From contig OX597823.1 in NCBI GenBank assembly GCA_951406725.2, forward strand, positions 69,068,001 through 69,132,000: 64,000 nt of DNA. The letters run 5' to 3'. Positions 11,273 to 23,121 of this stretch are shown piece after piece. The notes under the pieces are model-generated. The model worked only from the letters and a program-made list of their open reading frames with translations. It had not been told where the DNA came from and made no database searches. The stretch's first letter is position 1; each line of letters starts with the position of its first letter. The translations under genes and the position numbers were made by a program. Source of the DNA: Octopus vulgaris. Lineage: Eukaryota.

Positions 11273-12404
11273 CTAGCTGATAGGGCAGCTTATAAGCTAG
11301 CTCCTGTGGAGTGCTCTTCTTTGGACCTTGGGCCCAAAAACGACACTTCATGCATTGAGTACATATCAAATTTTATTAAACTTGACCAATATTTTTCAAG
11401 CAATGAACAATTTTCATCAAAACAATGATATAATTTGTTGACCTGGAACTTATTGCAAAGCTGCATGATAAACAGCATTTTTAGTCATCCCATTTGCGGA
11501 TCAGTATAATTTTTTTTTTCTATCTAACCTCTTTCTCTCTCTCTCTTTTTCTCTCACTTTTACTCTTTACTCTTTTACTTGTTTAAGTCATTTGACTGTG
11601 GCCATGCTGGAGCACCGCCTTTAGTCAAGCAAAGCAACCCCAGGACTTGTTCTTTGTAAGTCTACTACTTATTCTATCAGTTTCTTTTGCCAAACCGCTA
11701 TGTTACGAGGGATGTAAACACATCAGCATCGGTTGTCAAGTGATGTTGGGAAGACAAACACAGACACACAAACATATACACACACATACATATATATATT
11801 TGTACATATATATGATGGGCTTCTTTCAGTTTTTGTCTACCAAATCCACTTACAAGGCTTTGATCGGCCCAAGGCTATAGTAAAAGACACTTGCCCAAGG
11901 TGCCACACAGTAGGACTGAACCCGAAACCATGTGGTTGTACTTACCTAACAGCCACTCCTGTGCCTATGTTGATTGTTTTCTACCATCACCAGTACACCA
12001 CCATCGCCACCACAACTGCTATATATACACACTATTCAGACTTCTGACATAACCATCATCGATATCTTTGACTTCGCTGCCTTCCCTGCCAACACCATCA
12101 CCACTGTCTTTCCCATACCCGAATGCCTCAGCTACCACCACTACCACCACCAGCACTACCACCACCACCACCACCACCACCATCATCGTTGCCTCTGCTC
12201 TATCACAACTACAGCTCATGGTATTACTATCACCTCATTACCATCACAACCAGCAAGCTACCACTACCTTCACTGTCTCTATGACTACTATTACTCTCAC
12301 CCCAGCAGGTGGAATAGTAGAAGTGTCATTGAATAGTGAAAGTGGAGGGTCAAAGTGTGACACGTTGACACACAGAAATTTGTTTTGGCATTTATTATCA
12401 TAGA
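11273..12404 (-). mobile_element. Non-autonomous Helitron, interrupted by a family A SINE
   Basis: Minus strand starts A|TC (12404) and ends CTAG|T (11273), with the palindrome AGCTTATAAGCT just before the end. A second copy lies at 21331-21983. Confidence 0.8.
11557..11965 (-). mobile_element. tRNA-derived CORE-like SINE (family A)
   Basis: Reverse complement of the 23122-23531 element, absent from the second Helitron copy. Confidence 0.9.
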
Positions 12405-12426
12405 TGTGTTTGGCTGAAACACATAA

Positions 12427-12469
<43 letters not shown>

Positions 12470-13195
12470 TAAACATATATATTTAAATATAAATATATAT
12501 ATACAAATGTGTGTGTGTGTGTGTATGTATATATATATATATATATATATGTATACAATATGTGCATGTATACAGGATACATAAATACCTATGCACATGC
12601 ATCCATACATGCAATATGTGCATATCTGTGATTGAATGTGTAGGAATGTCTAGAAATGCATGAAGATAAATATAGGCAATTATTTTATTAAAAATTGTAC
12701 ATATATTCTTTTAGGCTTAGTTTTACACACATTGAATAGTACAGTAATTTATCCAAGATTCCTGATGCCTGAATTCTTATGAAATATACACCTGTGTGGT
12801 TCAGCATATATATATAAGAAGCTGGGATAATGATGAAATCTCTTGCATGAGATTTCTCTGCATTATACATACAAGTTGTACCTCAGATTTTTGTTATTAA
12901 ATATGTGTGCAAAAAGCAATTTTTATACATGAGCAAATATAATATGCATGTGTGTGTCGGTGCACATGCATGTTCATATGTGGGTGTGTGGGTTTATAAA
13001 GATATATTTTCTGTTGGTACAGTTTCATATCTATATTCTCTGAACATTGTTGATACAACTACATATGCTCATATCTATACATGGTTTCAAATTTTATAGA
13101 TACAGACAACAATAGTTTAAATAGTCATTTTAATTAAATAGTAATCCAGTTTCACCAATATCTAACTAGTGAAACAATAAAGGAATATATCATTT

Positions 13196-13585
13196 ATTTT
13201 TCACTTGTTTCAGCCATTGGGCTGCAGCCATGCTGGGGCACGTCGCGAAGAACTCTTAATTGAATGAATCAACCCTACCACTTAATTTTCAAGCCTGGTA
13301 TTTATTCTATCAGTTGCTTTTGCTAAACCCACAAAGCTACAGGAATGTAATCACATTAACACCAGTTGCCAAGTAGTGGTGGAGGACAAACATAGACCCA
13401 AAGACACATACACACATCTATATGACAAGCTTCTTTCAGTTTCTCTATGCTAAATCCATTCACAAGGCTTTGATCAGCTTGAGGTTATAACAGAAGACAC
13501 TTTCCACTGGTGCCATGCTATAGGATTGAACCTGGTACCATGTGACTGTGAAGTAACCTTTTTACCACACAGTCACACCTGTACC
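13196..13585 (-). mobile_element. Family A SINE, diverged full-length copy
   Basis: Collinear similarity to family A from the tail (cttgtttcagccatt) to the head (ccacacagtcacacctgtacc). Confidence 0.8.
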
Positions 13586-13635
13586 TATTTCTACCACACA
13601 AACATGCCTTCACCTATTCTTACCACACAGCCATG

Positions 13636-13671
<36 letters not shown>

Positions 13672-13769
13672 TAAATTTATTAATAAACATCTAGATATAG
13701 AAATTAGAGGTTTTGATGCAGTTGTCCATAATTATCTTCTTTCTCTATGTTTATAACCAGGTCGGTCTT

Positions 13770-14890
13770 TTTTGGGGGATGGCATTGTATATTGTTTTGT
13801 GACAACATCGTGTCACATAGGGAGGTGGTACCTTGACATTTTTGTGCAGTTGCTAATCATATGTATGATGTCATCCTCAGAAATATGACATAAACTATAT
13901 TTTCAGTTACATCTTGGATCTCTAAGGGCATCATTGCCTCTTTTGTTCATTATGTATTTAGTAGAACTCTCCTGTTCTTAGCCCTTGAAGTGTGATGTAG
14001 GACTAACGAGTCCAAGAGAGTCTTCGCTTCATGTTAATATTAGTATCTTCTTCAAATCTAACGAGTAACATACCCATGCATGGTCTTTTTTTTTTTGGAA
14101 TGCTAAGCATTTCACCTCCAGGTCTTCTTTGATGTATACCACTCCAACTGATTTGGAGTTGTATGAGAGGTCATTGGAAAGAAAGTGCTTCCTGAGGAGT
14201 TCCCTTCCAACACATAGAATATTGTTTTCTTCTCTTTTCAACACTACATTAATGCATTTATTTTTGCTTTTGTTGTTTAGCAAGTGCTGTCTGAGAGAGA
14301 TTATATGACATTCAAAGGCTGTCTACACTGATCTCAAGCCCCATACCTCCTTTATCTCTACTTAGGTAAAGCCTGTTGATATCACTACTTTTGTGGAGTT
14401 TTCCAGTTGATGTTAGAATCTTGTGGCTTTTAATGTCTATGGAATGGATTTCTTCAACAGACCAGTCAAGTATCCCAAATGTTGGAATCAGCACTGGCAC
14501 TGCAAATGCATTGTGGGATATTGTCTTGTTGCAAGAGGAGAGTGCAAGGCGGCAAGCTAGCAGAATTGTTAGCACACTGGGTGAAATTCTTAGCGATATT
14601 TCGTCTGCCAATACGTTCTGAGTTCAAATTTCGCTGAGGTCGATTTTGCTTTTGATCCTTTCAGGGTCAATTGAATAAGTACCAATTACACACTGGGGTC
14701 GATGTAATCGACTTAATCCCTTTGTTTGTCCCCAGTATGTTTAGCCTCTTGTGGGCAATAAAGAAATAAGAGGAGAGTTCAGACTACCATATGTTTCTTA
14801 GTCTGGTGCAATATTCTTGGGTCCATTCTATCTTTATTCCCAGTACTTTTGTATGATGCATTTTCACCAATGCCTGTGCACTTGCAGCAT
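13770..14890 (-). pseudogene. R4/Dong-clade non-LTR retrotransposon relic (RT C-terminal region to CCHC)
   Basis: NKTISHNAFAVPVLIPTFGILDWSVEEIHSIDIKSHKILT...DINRLYLSRDKGGMGL matches the R4-type motif. Downstream HMISNC...HD is a zinc-knuckle remnant. It is split by a family D SINE. Confidence 0.8.
14546..14767 (+). mobile_element. tRNA-derived SINE (family D) with 11-bp TSD
   Basis: Head aaggcggcaagctagcagaa, B-box-like gagttcaaattt and central gtcgattttgcttttgatcctttcagggtc. AAGAGGAGAGT is duplicated at 14533-14543 and 14768-14778. Confidence 0.9.
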
Positions 14891-14914
14891 TCTTTGTGTG
14901 GTACAGTATAAATA

Positions 14915-15287
14915 GTGAGACCATTTGAGCATGATCGTTGCCAACATTTTCTGACTGGCTCCTGTACCGGTGTCACGTAAAAAACACCATTTGAGTGTGG
15001 CTGTTGCCAGTGCTACCAGACAGGCTCCTGTGTGGGTGGCATGTAAAAAGCACCATTTGAGTGTGGCCTATGCCAGTACCGCCTGACAAGCCCTTGTGCC
15101 GGTGGCACATAAAAGCACCCACTACACTCTTGGAGTGGTTGGAATTAGGATGGGCATCCAGCTGTAGAAAATTTGCCAGATCAGATTGGAGCCTGGTGCA
15201 GCCTTCTGGCTCACAACCCCTCAGTCAAACCGTCCAACCCATGCCAGCAGGAAAAGCGGATGTCAAACGACTACAATGATGATGATT
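14915..15287 (+). mobile_element. RTE-LINE 3' UTR (family B)
   Basis: About three tandem units plus the conserved terminus and (GAT)n. Confidence 0.88.
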
Positions 15288-15459
15288 GATGCACAGGTTT
15301 TGAATTTGGATGGACCGATTTTCACACATCAACAGTCAGATATGAACATTTCTTTTGGCCAAATTCCATTACTATGGTAGCTGAAAATGTTATTAACTCA
15401 AGCTGTTTTTTGACATTGTTGTTGTTGTGTGTGTAGATAGATATAGATATATGAGTGTG

Positions 15460-15477
15460 TGTCTGTGTTAACGTGTT

Positions 15478-15508
<31 letters not shown>

Positions 15509-15685
15509 GAATGTATATATTCATGTGCATATATATGTATGTATATACATATATACATATGTATATATATATATATGTCTATATGTATATACATATGTAT
15601 ATATGTATATACATACATATATATGCACATGAATATATACATTCATATATATACACACACACACACAAACACGTTAACACAGACA
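15460..15685. repeat. Fold-back inverted duplication of microsatellite-rich DNA
   Basis: The arm tgtctgtgttaacgtgtttg...gaatgtatatattcatgtgc is mirrored as gcacatgaatatatacattc...caaacacgttaacacagaca. Confidence 0.9.
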
Positions 15686-15757
15686 TATATATATATGTCT
15701 ATATGTATATATATATATATAAAAAATCTTGCACAACAAATATTTAAATATTTAAAC

Positions 15758-15798
<41 letters not shown>

Positions 15799-16589
15799 TA
15801 TATATACATATATAAATAAATACATATATATATATATATTTATATATATATATATACACATACATTTATATATATATACACATTTGTATACATATATACA
15901 TATATATACACACATATATATATATATACACACACACATTTACATATGTAATATATATATATATTCTTTGTCCAGTCAGACTAAATCAGTTTTGATCATA
16001 TATAAATACTTCAGTGTATTTTCTCTCTCAATATTCTAATCTTGTCTCTTGCAGTTAATTTGTCATATTCCGTTGCATCCGATTATTATCTTTTGAATAT
16101 ATTTACATTGTTATTTCGAGACAAAAGCTTATGGCAATGATCAAAACAATCAAATTGACTTAATGATGTTTTCAATTTGAAACCAAAAGAAATTTATTCA
16201 AAAACTTCAACCGCTTATACAAGGGTCAAGCAATTGACAATAAAATGAATAATGAAGTTGAGTAAATTTTGTCATTACTGATTGATTTTTTTTTTTTTTT
16301 TTCATATTTATTAAACCATAGGGAAAATTTATTCTCTTTTAATCATGATACATATATGTCAATGTGTGTATTTATGCCTGGATCAATATAAAAGGATTCC
16401 TACACACAGTCACAATCATACATACATACACACACCGGCAAGCATGTACACACAAATACACATATAAATGGACACAACATATGTGCATATGTGTGAGTGT
16501 GTGTGTGTGTATGTGTACATATATACATGCTCACACACAGATCCACACACACACACAAAAACACTCACACAGACATATTGACTACTTAC

Positions 16590-16795
16590 TTACTTTTACT
16601 TGTTTCAGTTATTTGACTGTGGCCATGCTGGAGCACCGACTTTAGTCGAGCAAATCGACCCCAGAACTTATTCTTTGTAAGCCTAGTGCTTACTCTATCG
16701 GTCTCTTTTGCCGAACTGCTAAAATACGATGACATAAACACACCAGCATCGGTTGTCAAGCGATGTTGTGGGGACAAACACAGATACACAAACAT

Positions 16796-16830
<35 letters not shown>

Positions 16831-16903
16831 CATATATACGACGGGCTTCTTTCAGTTTGCGTCTACCAAATCCACTCACATGGCTTTGGTCGACCTGAGG
16901 TTA
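16590..16903 (-). mobile_element. Family A SINE, head truncated
   Basis: Close match to the 3' two-thirds of family A. Confidence 0.88.
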
Positions 16904-17330
16904 TCTCTATCTATCTATATATATACATATATATATATATTTACAGAGAGAGAGAGAGAGAGAGAGATACATGCATACATACATATATACATACATACAT
17001 ATATGTATGCATATGTATAAACCCCATATTTCATTTATGGTGAGCTACTGATTAGCACTACCGGTCATTGCATGATGATGGGAATATCACAGGAGAGATA
17101 CAGTCTCTCATGTTAGCTCACAGTATCATCTTGTCTTGATTCTGAGGCTGAGGAGGAGCTAGCTTCTCTGAAATGTGTAATGCATCTCCAAATGTGGTTA
17201 GGTGGCACTGCAAGTTGATTTGGTGTATGTACAGCAATTTAGCAACAGCAAAAAATATGCCTCAAACAGATTTGAACTGGTAACAAGTTTGTATTTATAC
17301 ACATCACTGCTTAGCTCAGTTGCATCATAT

Positions 17331-17377
<47 letters not shown>

Positions 17378-17380
<3 letters not shown>

Positions 17381-17569
17381 TGATTCAAACAAGAAAGCAC
17401 AAAAAACACAACAATGCGAGGACATGGAACAAATATAGTATTATTGGACGCTCAGGAAAGATGGAGGGTTTAACGTTTTGAGCGGAGCTCTTCGTTGGAA
17501 ACATAGGAGAAGGAAAGATCCAGAGAAGAGAAGACAGAGGAAAAAAAATCACCAACGGTACACACGTGG

Positions 17570-17572
<3 letters not shown>
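17378..17572 (-). mobile_element. Family C element with mutated hammerhead motif
   Basis: Copy of 10366-10560 inside (TA)n. The core reads CCAACGA...AAAACGUU at 17468-17502. Confidence 0.75.
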
Positions 17573-17611
<39 letters not shown>

Positions 17612-17616
<5 letters not shown>

Positions 17617-17778
17617 TAGGAAGGGCATTAGCGTTAGGAAGGGCATCCAGCTGTAGAAACATTGCCAGATAAGACCGGAGCCTGGTGCAGCCTTCTGGCT
17701 TCCCAGATCCCCGGTCAAACCGTCCAACCCATGCTAGCATGGAGAACGGACGTTAAACGATGATGATGATGATGATGA
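17612..17778 (+). mobile_element. RTE-LINE extreme 3' end (family B)
   Basis: ttaggaagggcatccagctgtagaaac...ggacgttaaac(GAT)n with a small 5' duplication. Confidence 0.88.
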
Positions 17779-17829
17779 TATATATATATATATATAGCGA
17801 CGTACATATACTGTTCTCTTATGTGTATG

Positions 17830-17892
<63 letters not shown>

Positions 17893-17896
17893 GTGT

Positions 17897-18828
17897 GTTA
17901 GTTAGTTAGTTAGTTAATTTGGCTCAAAAGCAAATAGCAAGGCCATGTAGGGGAACATGGAGTTAAGTACAGGGTGGTGTTCATGTAAAGAGTTCAGGCC
18001 ACTTGAGGTCCAGGGAGGCTTTGAACAAAGCGGTCGTCGGCATCTTCACCATCTCGTCTGGCAGCTTGTTCCATGGATCTGCAACCCAGACGGAGAAAGC
18101 TCTTCTCCTTCGATTGAGATGAAATCGTCGCAGGTAGAGCTTTTCGGAATGACCCCGCATCCGACGCTCCGGAGCAGGAGTGAAGAACAGCTCTTTCGAG
18201 AGGTTACACTTCCCGCTTATGATGTTGTGGGTGAGAATGAGATCACCACGGCGGCGGCGTTTTTCAAGAGAATAAAGGTCGAGCGTCCTCAGCCTTTCTT
18301 CGTAGGACAAATTTTTGAGACCATGAACCATGCGGGTAGCCAGCCTCTGGACTCTTTCGAGATGCTGTATGTCTTTGAGGAGATAAGGAGAAGAGGCTTG
18401 AATCCCATACTCCAATATGGGTCTCACCAGCATGACATAGAGTGGCAGGAATATGGCTGCTGTGAGCATTCCGAATGACCGTCGAATCAAAAACAGAATT
18501 CCGCACGCTTTGTTGGCAGCATGGACGCACTGGGCCGAAGGCGAAAAGGAGGAATCCACCAAGATACCCAGGTCCTTTACCTGATCGGTCCTCTCCAGCA
18601 GCAGACGACCCGGCTCGAAATCAAGTTGAGTTGCAGGAGTAGAGCCGACAGGCAGATGACAGCACTTTGACACGTTCAGACATAGGTCCCAATCGTTAGA
18701 CCACTTCCAAATTTGGTGGAGGCATCGACGAAGATCCTCTATACTACCGCGAGGAGCGACCAGTTTGATATCGTCGGCAAATAGAAGGGTGTGTTGCGTG
18801 AGGTCGTCGGGCAAGTCATTTATGACAA
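17897..18828 (-). mobile_element. 5'-truncated CR1-type LINE inserted in (GT)n
   Basis: RT-coding fragment, short 3' UTR and (TAAC)n tail (gttagttag at 17897-17917), with (GT)n on both sides. Confidence 0.92.
17981..18826 (-). CDS. Partial reverse transcriptase ORF2 (CR1 clade), uninterrupted
   Basis: INDLP...LLFADDIKL, LERVQRLATRMV, LSYEERL, RRRRGDLI, RGHSEKL and WNKLP motifs. About 280 codons without a stop; the ORF-track start is microsatellite read-through. Confidence 0.9.
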   Translation of the reverse strand, partial: VINDLPDDLTQHTLLFADDIKLVAPRGSIEDLRRCLHQIWKWSNDWDLCLNVSKCCHLPVGSTPATQLDFEPGRLLLERTDQVKDLGILVDSSFSPSAQCVHAANKACGILFLIRRSFGMLTAAIFLPLYVMLVRPILEYGIQASSPYLLKDIQHLERVQRLATRMVHGLKNLSYEERLRTLDLYSLEKRRRRGDLILTHNIISGKCNLSKELFFTPAPERRMRGHSEKLYLRRFHLNRRRRAFSVWVADPWNKLPDEMVKMPTTALFKASLDLKWPELFT

Positions 18829-19759
18829 GTGTGTGTGTGTGTCTGTGTATATGTATATATGTAATACAAACACACATACACATATATATTTATATGTATG
18901 TATGTTGAACTGAATGTTTGAATCTATATTTACTCTTTTATTTAGAATTATTCATATTTCTTTATTAATGCTTTATATTCAGTTTGCAACAATGGCATTC
19001 CTGACTTCATTAGTCCATTAATAGTTCAAGCCCTCTGTCTCTTCAACTGAACAGAATGAGAATAATATTGAGCTGCTGTTGTTTACACACTTTACAGTTC
19101 ATTACAAAGGATCATGGGCATAGTGTTTTAACTAATAAAGTCAAAAGCACCAGATTTGAAATTATTCAATGTCTATGTTTTAGTAGAATGTCACAGCATA
19201 TTTCATGTTTGCTGTATCTATGTTAATTTGCTAGGAATAAAGCTTTCATAGTTACTCTTCTCATTTTGAGACAGTTTTATATAAAACGGTAGGCTGTCAG
19301 TACATGAAATTTTGCATCGCATTATAATATACATAAAATAAAATTCGATAGATAAGCTTTAGTTTCAAACATAAAATATAGTATAGTAATAAATTCAAAT
19401 TTACAACAAACGATCCAAGCAGTTTTTATTTTCCAGTAGTAAAGTAACAAAATTAGAACTACACAGCTTGTAGTCCTTGTATGCTGAATGGTTATGCTCT
19501 AGAAGAACTTATTTATAAAGTAATTTCTTCATCCGTTAATTACGACTGACTTGAAACTTGTTATATAAAATATGCTGCAGTTATAAAAATTTTATTGCTC
19601 TACTTGTACTAACAGAACAAATTGGAGATACAAGTAATAGTCACTTGTTGATTCTGGATTAGTCAACTGATACTAGTTTTCTTTTTATATATATGTATAT
19701 ATATATTACAAATGGTAATTTCCATTACTATCATCCCAAATGGAAATTGTAGTTAAGAA

Positions 19760-19992
19760 ACCTGTGCCGGTGGCACATAAAATGCACCATTTGAACGTGG
19801 CTGATGCCAGCGCCGCCTGACTGGCTTCCATGTCATTGACACGTAAAAAGCACCAACTGATCGTGGCCGTTTGCCAGCCTCCTCTGGCCCCTGTGCCGGT
19901 GGCATGTCAAAAGCAACCACTACACTCACAGAGTGGTTGGCGTTAGGAAGGGCATCCAGCTGTAGAAACACTGCCAGATCAGACTGGAGCCT
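19760..19992 (+). mobile_element. Family B fragment, 3' truncated
   Basis: Tandem units plus gagtggttggcgttaggaagggcatccagctgtagaaac. Confidence 0.85.
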
Positions 19993-19995
19993 GAA

Positions 19996-20153
19996 AGAGC
20001 TTCTTTTAGTTTCCATCTATCAAATCCATTCTTAAAGTTTTAGTTGGACTGAGATTATAGTAGAAGATACTTGCTCAAGGTGCCATACAATGTGACTGAA
20101 CCCAAGATCATGTGGTTGGGAAGCAAGCTTGTTACCACATTGCCATACCTGCA
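19996..20153 (-). mobile_element. Family A SINE 5' half
   Basis: tatagtagaagatacttgctcaaggtgcca...actgaaccc...ttaccaca. Confidence 0.8.
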
Positions 20154-21330
20154 CTTATATATTGCTTGTGAAAAGGATCTATGTATGTGTTAGATATAAT
20201 GAATGACAAAATAAAATTGCTTTACACATTTTAAGGTGAATTGCTGTTAAAAGAATCTGGTAAAAAATTGTTGCAAGTTAGGAAAAAGTTACTGAATGTG
20301 GTGGGAATTAAGTTTAAAAACTCTTCTGTTACTGCAACAGATGGAGCTTCCAAACTGTGAGGTTAATAATTCATTCTACACATTAATATAATTAAATAAT
20401 TCAAACTTGATTCTCATAAAAATGCATTTGCCACTCTCTGCAGGTAGCATGTTCCCATGCTGCTGAAAAATTACCATCTAATATTGTGTTAAGGGAAACA
20501 TACAATGTGTTCCACAAATTAGCACACTGAGGAGAATCTCACATGGAAATTATAAAATTAATCAACGATGGTGAGAAACCAATGAAAATGATTCTTGCTG
20601 TAGCCACAAGATAATTAGTGAGAAGTAACTATGCAAGAAGAATTCTAAGCCTGTGAAATGTATTAAAGTTGTATTTTTAGATGACATCTATTGCAGCAAA
20701 TGTGCAAGGGTATTACATGCTATGTACTCTGATTCAATTAATAAAGTTTATTTAACATTTATGTGTTCTGTGTTAAGGGAGTGTGATGAAAAAAGAAAAG
20801 AACAACATAATATACCGTTCTGAAATGAAATGGAAGGTTGCTGTAGTATCTTAGACTAACTATGCAATTTTGCTTTATTTATGTTTGCAAGAATTTGTTA
20901 TTTTCAATAAGTAAATCTTGAAAGTAATTTAGATATCCAATTTCAGTAATTTCCATGTAAAAAAATATGACTTTGGGTATGAGTTCAGAAGTATTTTGAT
21001 GAGTAAATTTTCATCAAAGCAAATTTCCTAAGAACATGGAAATACTAGACAGAAGGGTGTTCTAAGCTTTTGAAACAGAAATACAAAGAACTTTTCAACT
21101 ATCTACCTAAAAATACAGAAAGACTTTAAATCATTAAAACCTAATCCCCAAGAGATTATGTTCAGTAAGCAAAAGTGTGTCTGTATGGTTAAATGGTCTT
21201 TTTCTTATCATGGTTTTTGGTTCAGTCCTCTTGTGTGGTGCCTTTGGTAAATATCTTCTGCTATAACCTCAGAACAACTAATACCAAGTGAGTGAATTTG
21301 GTAGACACACACATACACACACATGTAATA

Positions 21331-21534
21331 CTACCTTAAAAGCTGCCCTATCAGGCAGCTTTTAAGCTAGCTCCTGTGGAGCGCTCTTCATTTGACCTCG
21401 GGCCCAAAAATGACACTTCATGCATTGAGTACATATTAAATCTTATTAAAATTGACCAATATTTTTCAAGCAATGAACAATTTTCATCAAAACAATCATA
21501 TAATTTGTCGATTTGTAATTTTTTTTGTCTAACC

Positions 21535-21571
<37 letters not shown>

Positions 21572-21983
21572 GTTGGTTGTTTTCAACCACCACCATCACC
21601 AGTACCAGTCACCATCGCCACCACAACTGCCATACACACACCATTCAGACTTCTGATGCCACCACCATTAACACCTTTGACATCGCCACCTTCCCCACCA
21701 CAATCACCACTGTCTTTTACATCCCTTACTATCACTGTCATGCTTGACCGCCTCAGCTACCACTACCTCCATCATCACCATCGCCTCCACCTCTATCACA
21801 ACTACAGCTCATACTATTACTATCACCCCATTACCATCTCAACTGTCAATCTACTACGGCCTTCCCCTCACTGTCTCTATGCCTGCTTTTACTCTCACCC
21901 CAGCAAGAGTAGAAGTGTCATTGAATAGTGAAAGGGGTCATTAAAACATGACACACAGAAATTTGTTTTTGTATTATTATAGA
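21331..21983 (-). mobile_element. Non-autonomous Helitron, second copy with rearranged 3' end
   Basis: Collinear with 11273-12404 minus the SINE. The 5' TC is retained at 21983 and the terminal segment is locally inverted. Confidence 0.75.
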
Positions 21984-22267
21984 TATATATTTAAGTCACA
22001 GTATATGGAATATGGATTCAAGTAATCTGGTAGTATTCATAAAAAAAGCTCCTTAATGTATCATTACACAAACCATATAGAGTGCATAATAATATACAAG
22101 AAAAAAGGATAAGGTGTGTATTTTGAACGAATCTTTTGCATTTTGCTTTATTGCCGATTTGTAAGTAATTTATTATTAAATATGATAATATAAATTATTT
22201 GTATGTTTATGAAACAATTTCATATTAGGATTTTTCATATTGTTAAATAAAAGTTCATCAAAATGTT

Positions 22268-22299
<32 letters not shown>

Positions 22300-22522
22300 G
22301 GTAAAAAAACGTCAAGATAGAAAAGGCTAAAATAATTTTATAAAAATCATTTTAGTACCGGTTTCAGTCATTGAGACTTTTTCAACTGCTAGTATGAAAA
22401 ACAATTAAATTTTGGAAAAATTAAAAGAATATTTGCATAGTATTCAAATATAAGTAGCATTTTCCTTGATTCTGCCTGTTTCTCTCTCTCTTGTTTACTC
22501 TTGTGGGTTCAAGGTCGTTGTG

Positions 22523-22525
<3 letters not shown>
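22300..22525 (-). mobile_element. (TA)n-embedded element with degenerate hammerhead (putative PLE pseudo-LTR)
   Basis: Minus strand 22353-22388 reads CAG-UUGAAAA-AGUC(ucaau)GACU-GAAA-CCGG-U-A-CUA. Confidence 0.5.
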
Positions 22526-22574
<49 letters not shown>

Positions 22575-22586
22575 ACATCCCTGTTA

Positions 22587-22740
22587 GGAGTGGTTGGCGT
22601 TGGGAAGGGCATCCAGCCGTAGAAACACTGCCAGATCAGACTGGGCCTGATGCAGCCTTCTGGCTTCACAGACCCCAGTTGAACCGTCCAACCCATGCTA
22701 GCATGGAAAGCGGACGCTAAATGATGATGATGATGATGAT
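22587..22740 (+). mobile_element. RTE-LINE extreme 3' end (family B)
   Basis: Conserved terminus plus (GAT)n. Confidence 0.88.
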
Positions 22741-22779
22741 GTATATACATACAAACATAAATATGCATGTGTGTGTGGG

Positions 22780-22960
22780 CATCTGTGTGTTTGTACCCCA
22801 CCACCTCTTGACGACTGATGTTAGTTGGCTTGCATCCCTGTAACTTAGCAAATCACCAAAACAGATCTAAGTACTGGGGTTGATTTGTTTGAATAAACTC
22901 TTCAAGTTGATGCTCCAGCATGGCCACAGTCCAATGGCTGAAACAAGTAAAAAGTAAAAG
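22780..22960 (+). mobile_element. Family A SINE 3' half
   Basis: Ends tgctccagcatggccacagtccaatggctgaaacaagtaaaaag. Confidence 0.75.
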
Positions 22961-23121
22961 AATTTGTTAGTCATAATCATCCTTATTTTGCAGCTGTTTC
23001 TTAAATTTTGGTTAATCAACTGAAATATGGAGAAATAATGAAAACTAGAAGTAAATCTTTACAATTTTTTCTTTTATAGATATAATTATAATATGTATAT
23101 AACATGTATGTTATATATATA

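Larger units (their letters stand above)
19400..21150 (+). pseudogene. Decayed hAT-superfamily transposase (ZNF862-like), interrupted by family B and A fragments
   Basis: Peptides ILD*STD, TDGAS, CICHSLQVACSHAAEKLPSNI, LRETYN, YKLINDG-like, ATR*L...RIL and MYSDSINKVYLTF occur in the expected order. Confidence 0.7.

Noticed and set aside
17957-18478. 173-aa plus-strand ORF
   Set aside because: Antisense shadow of the CR1 RT frame.
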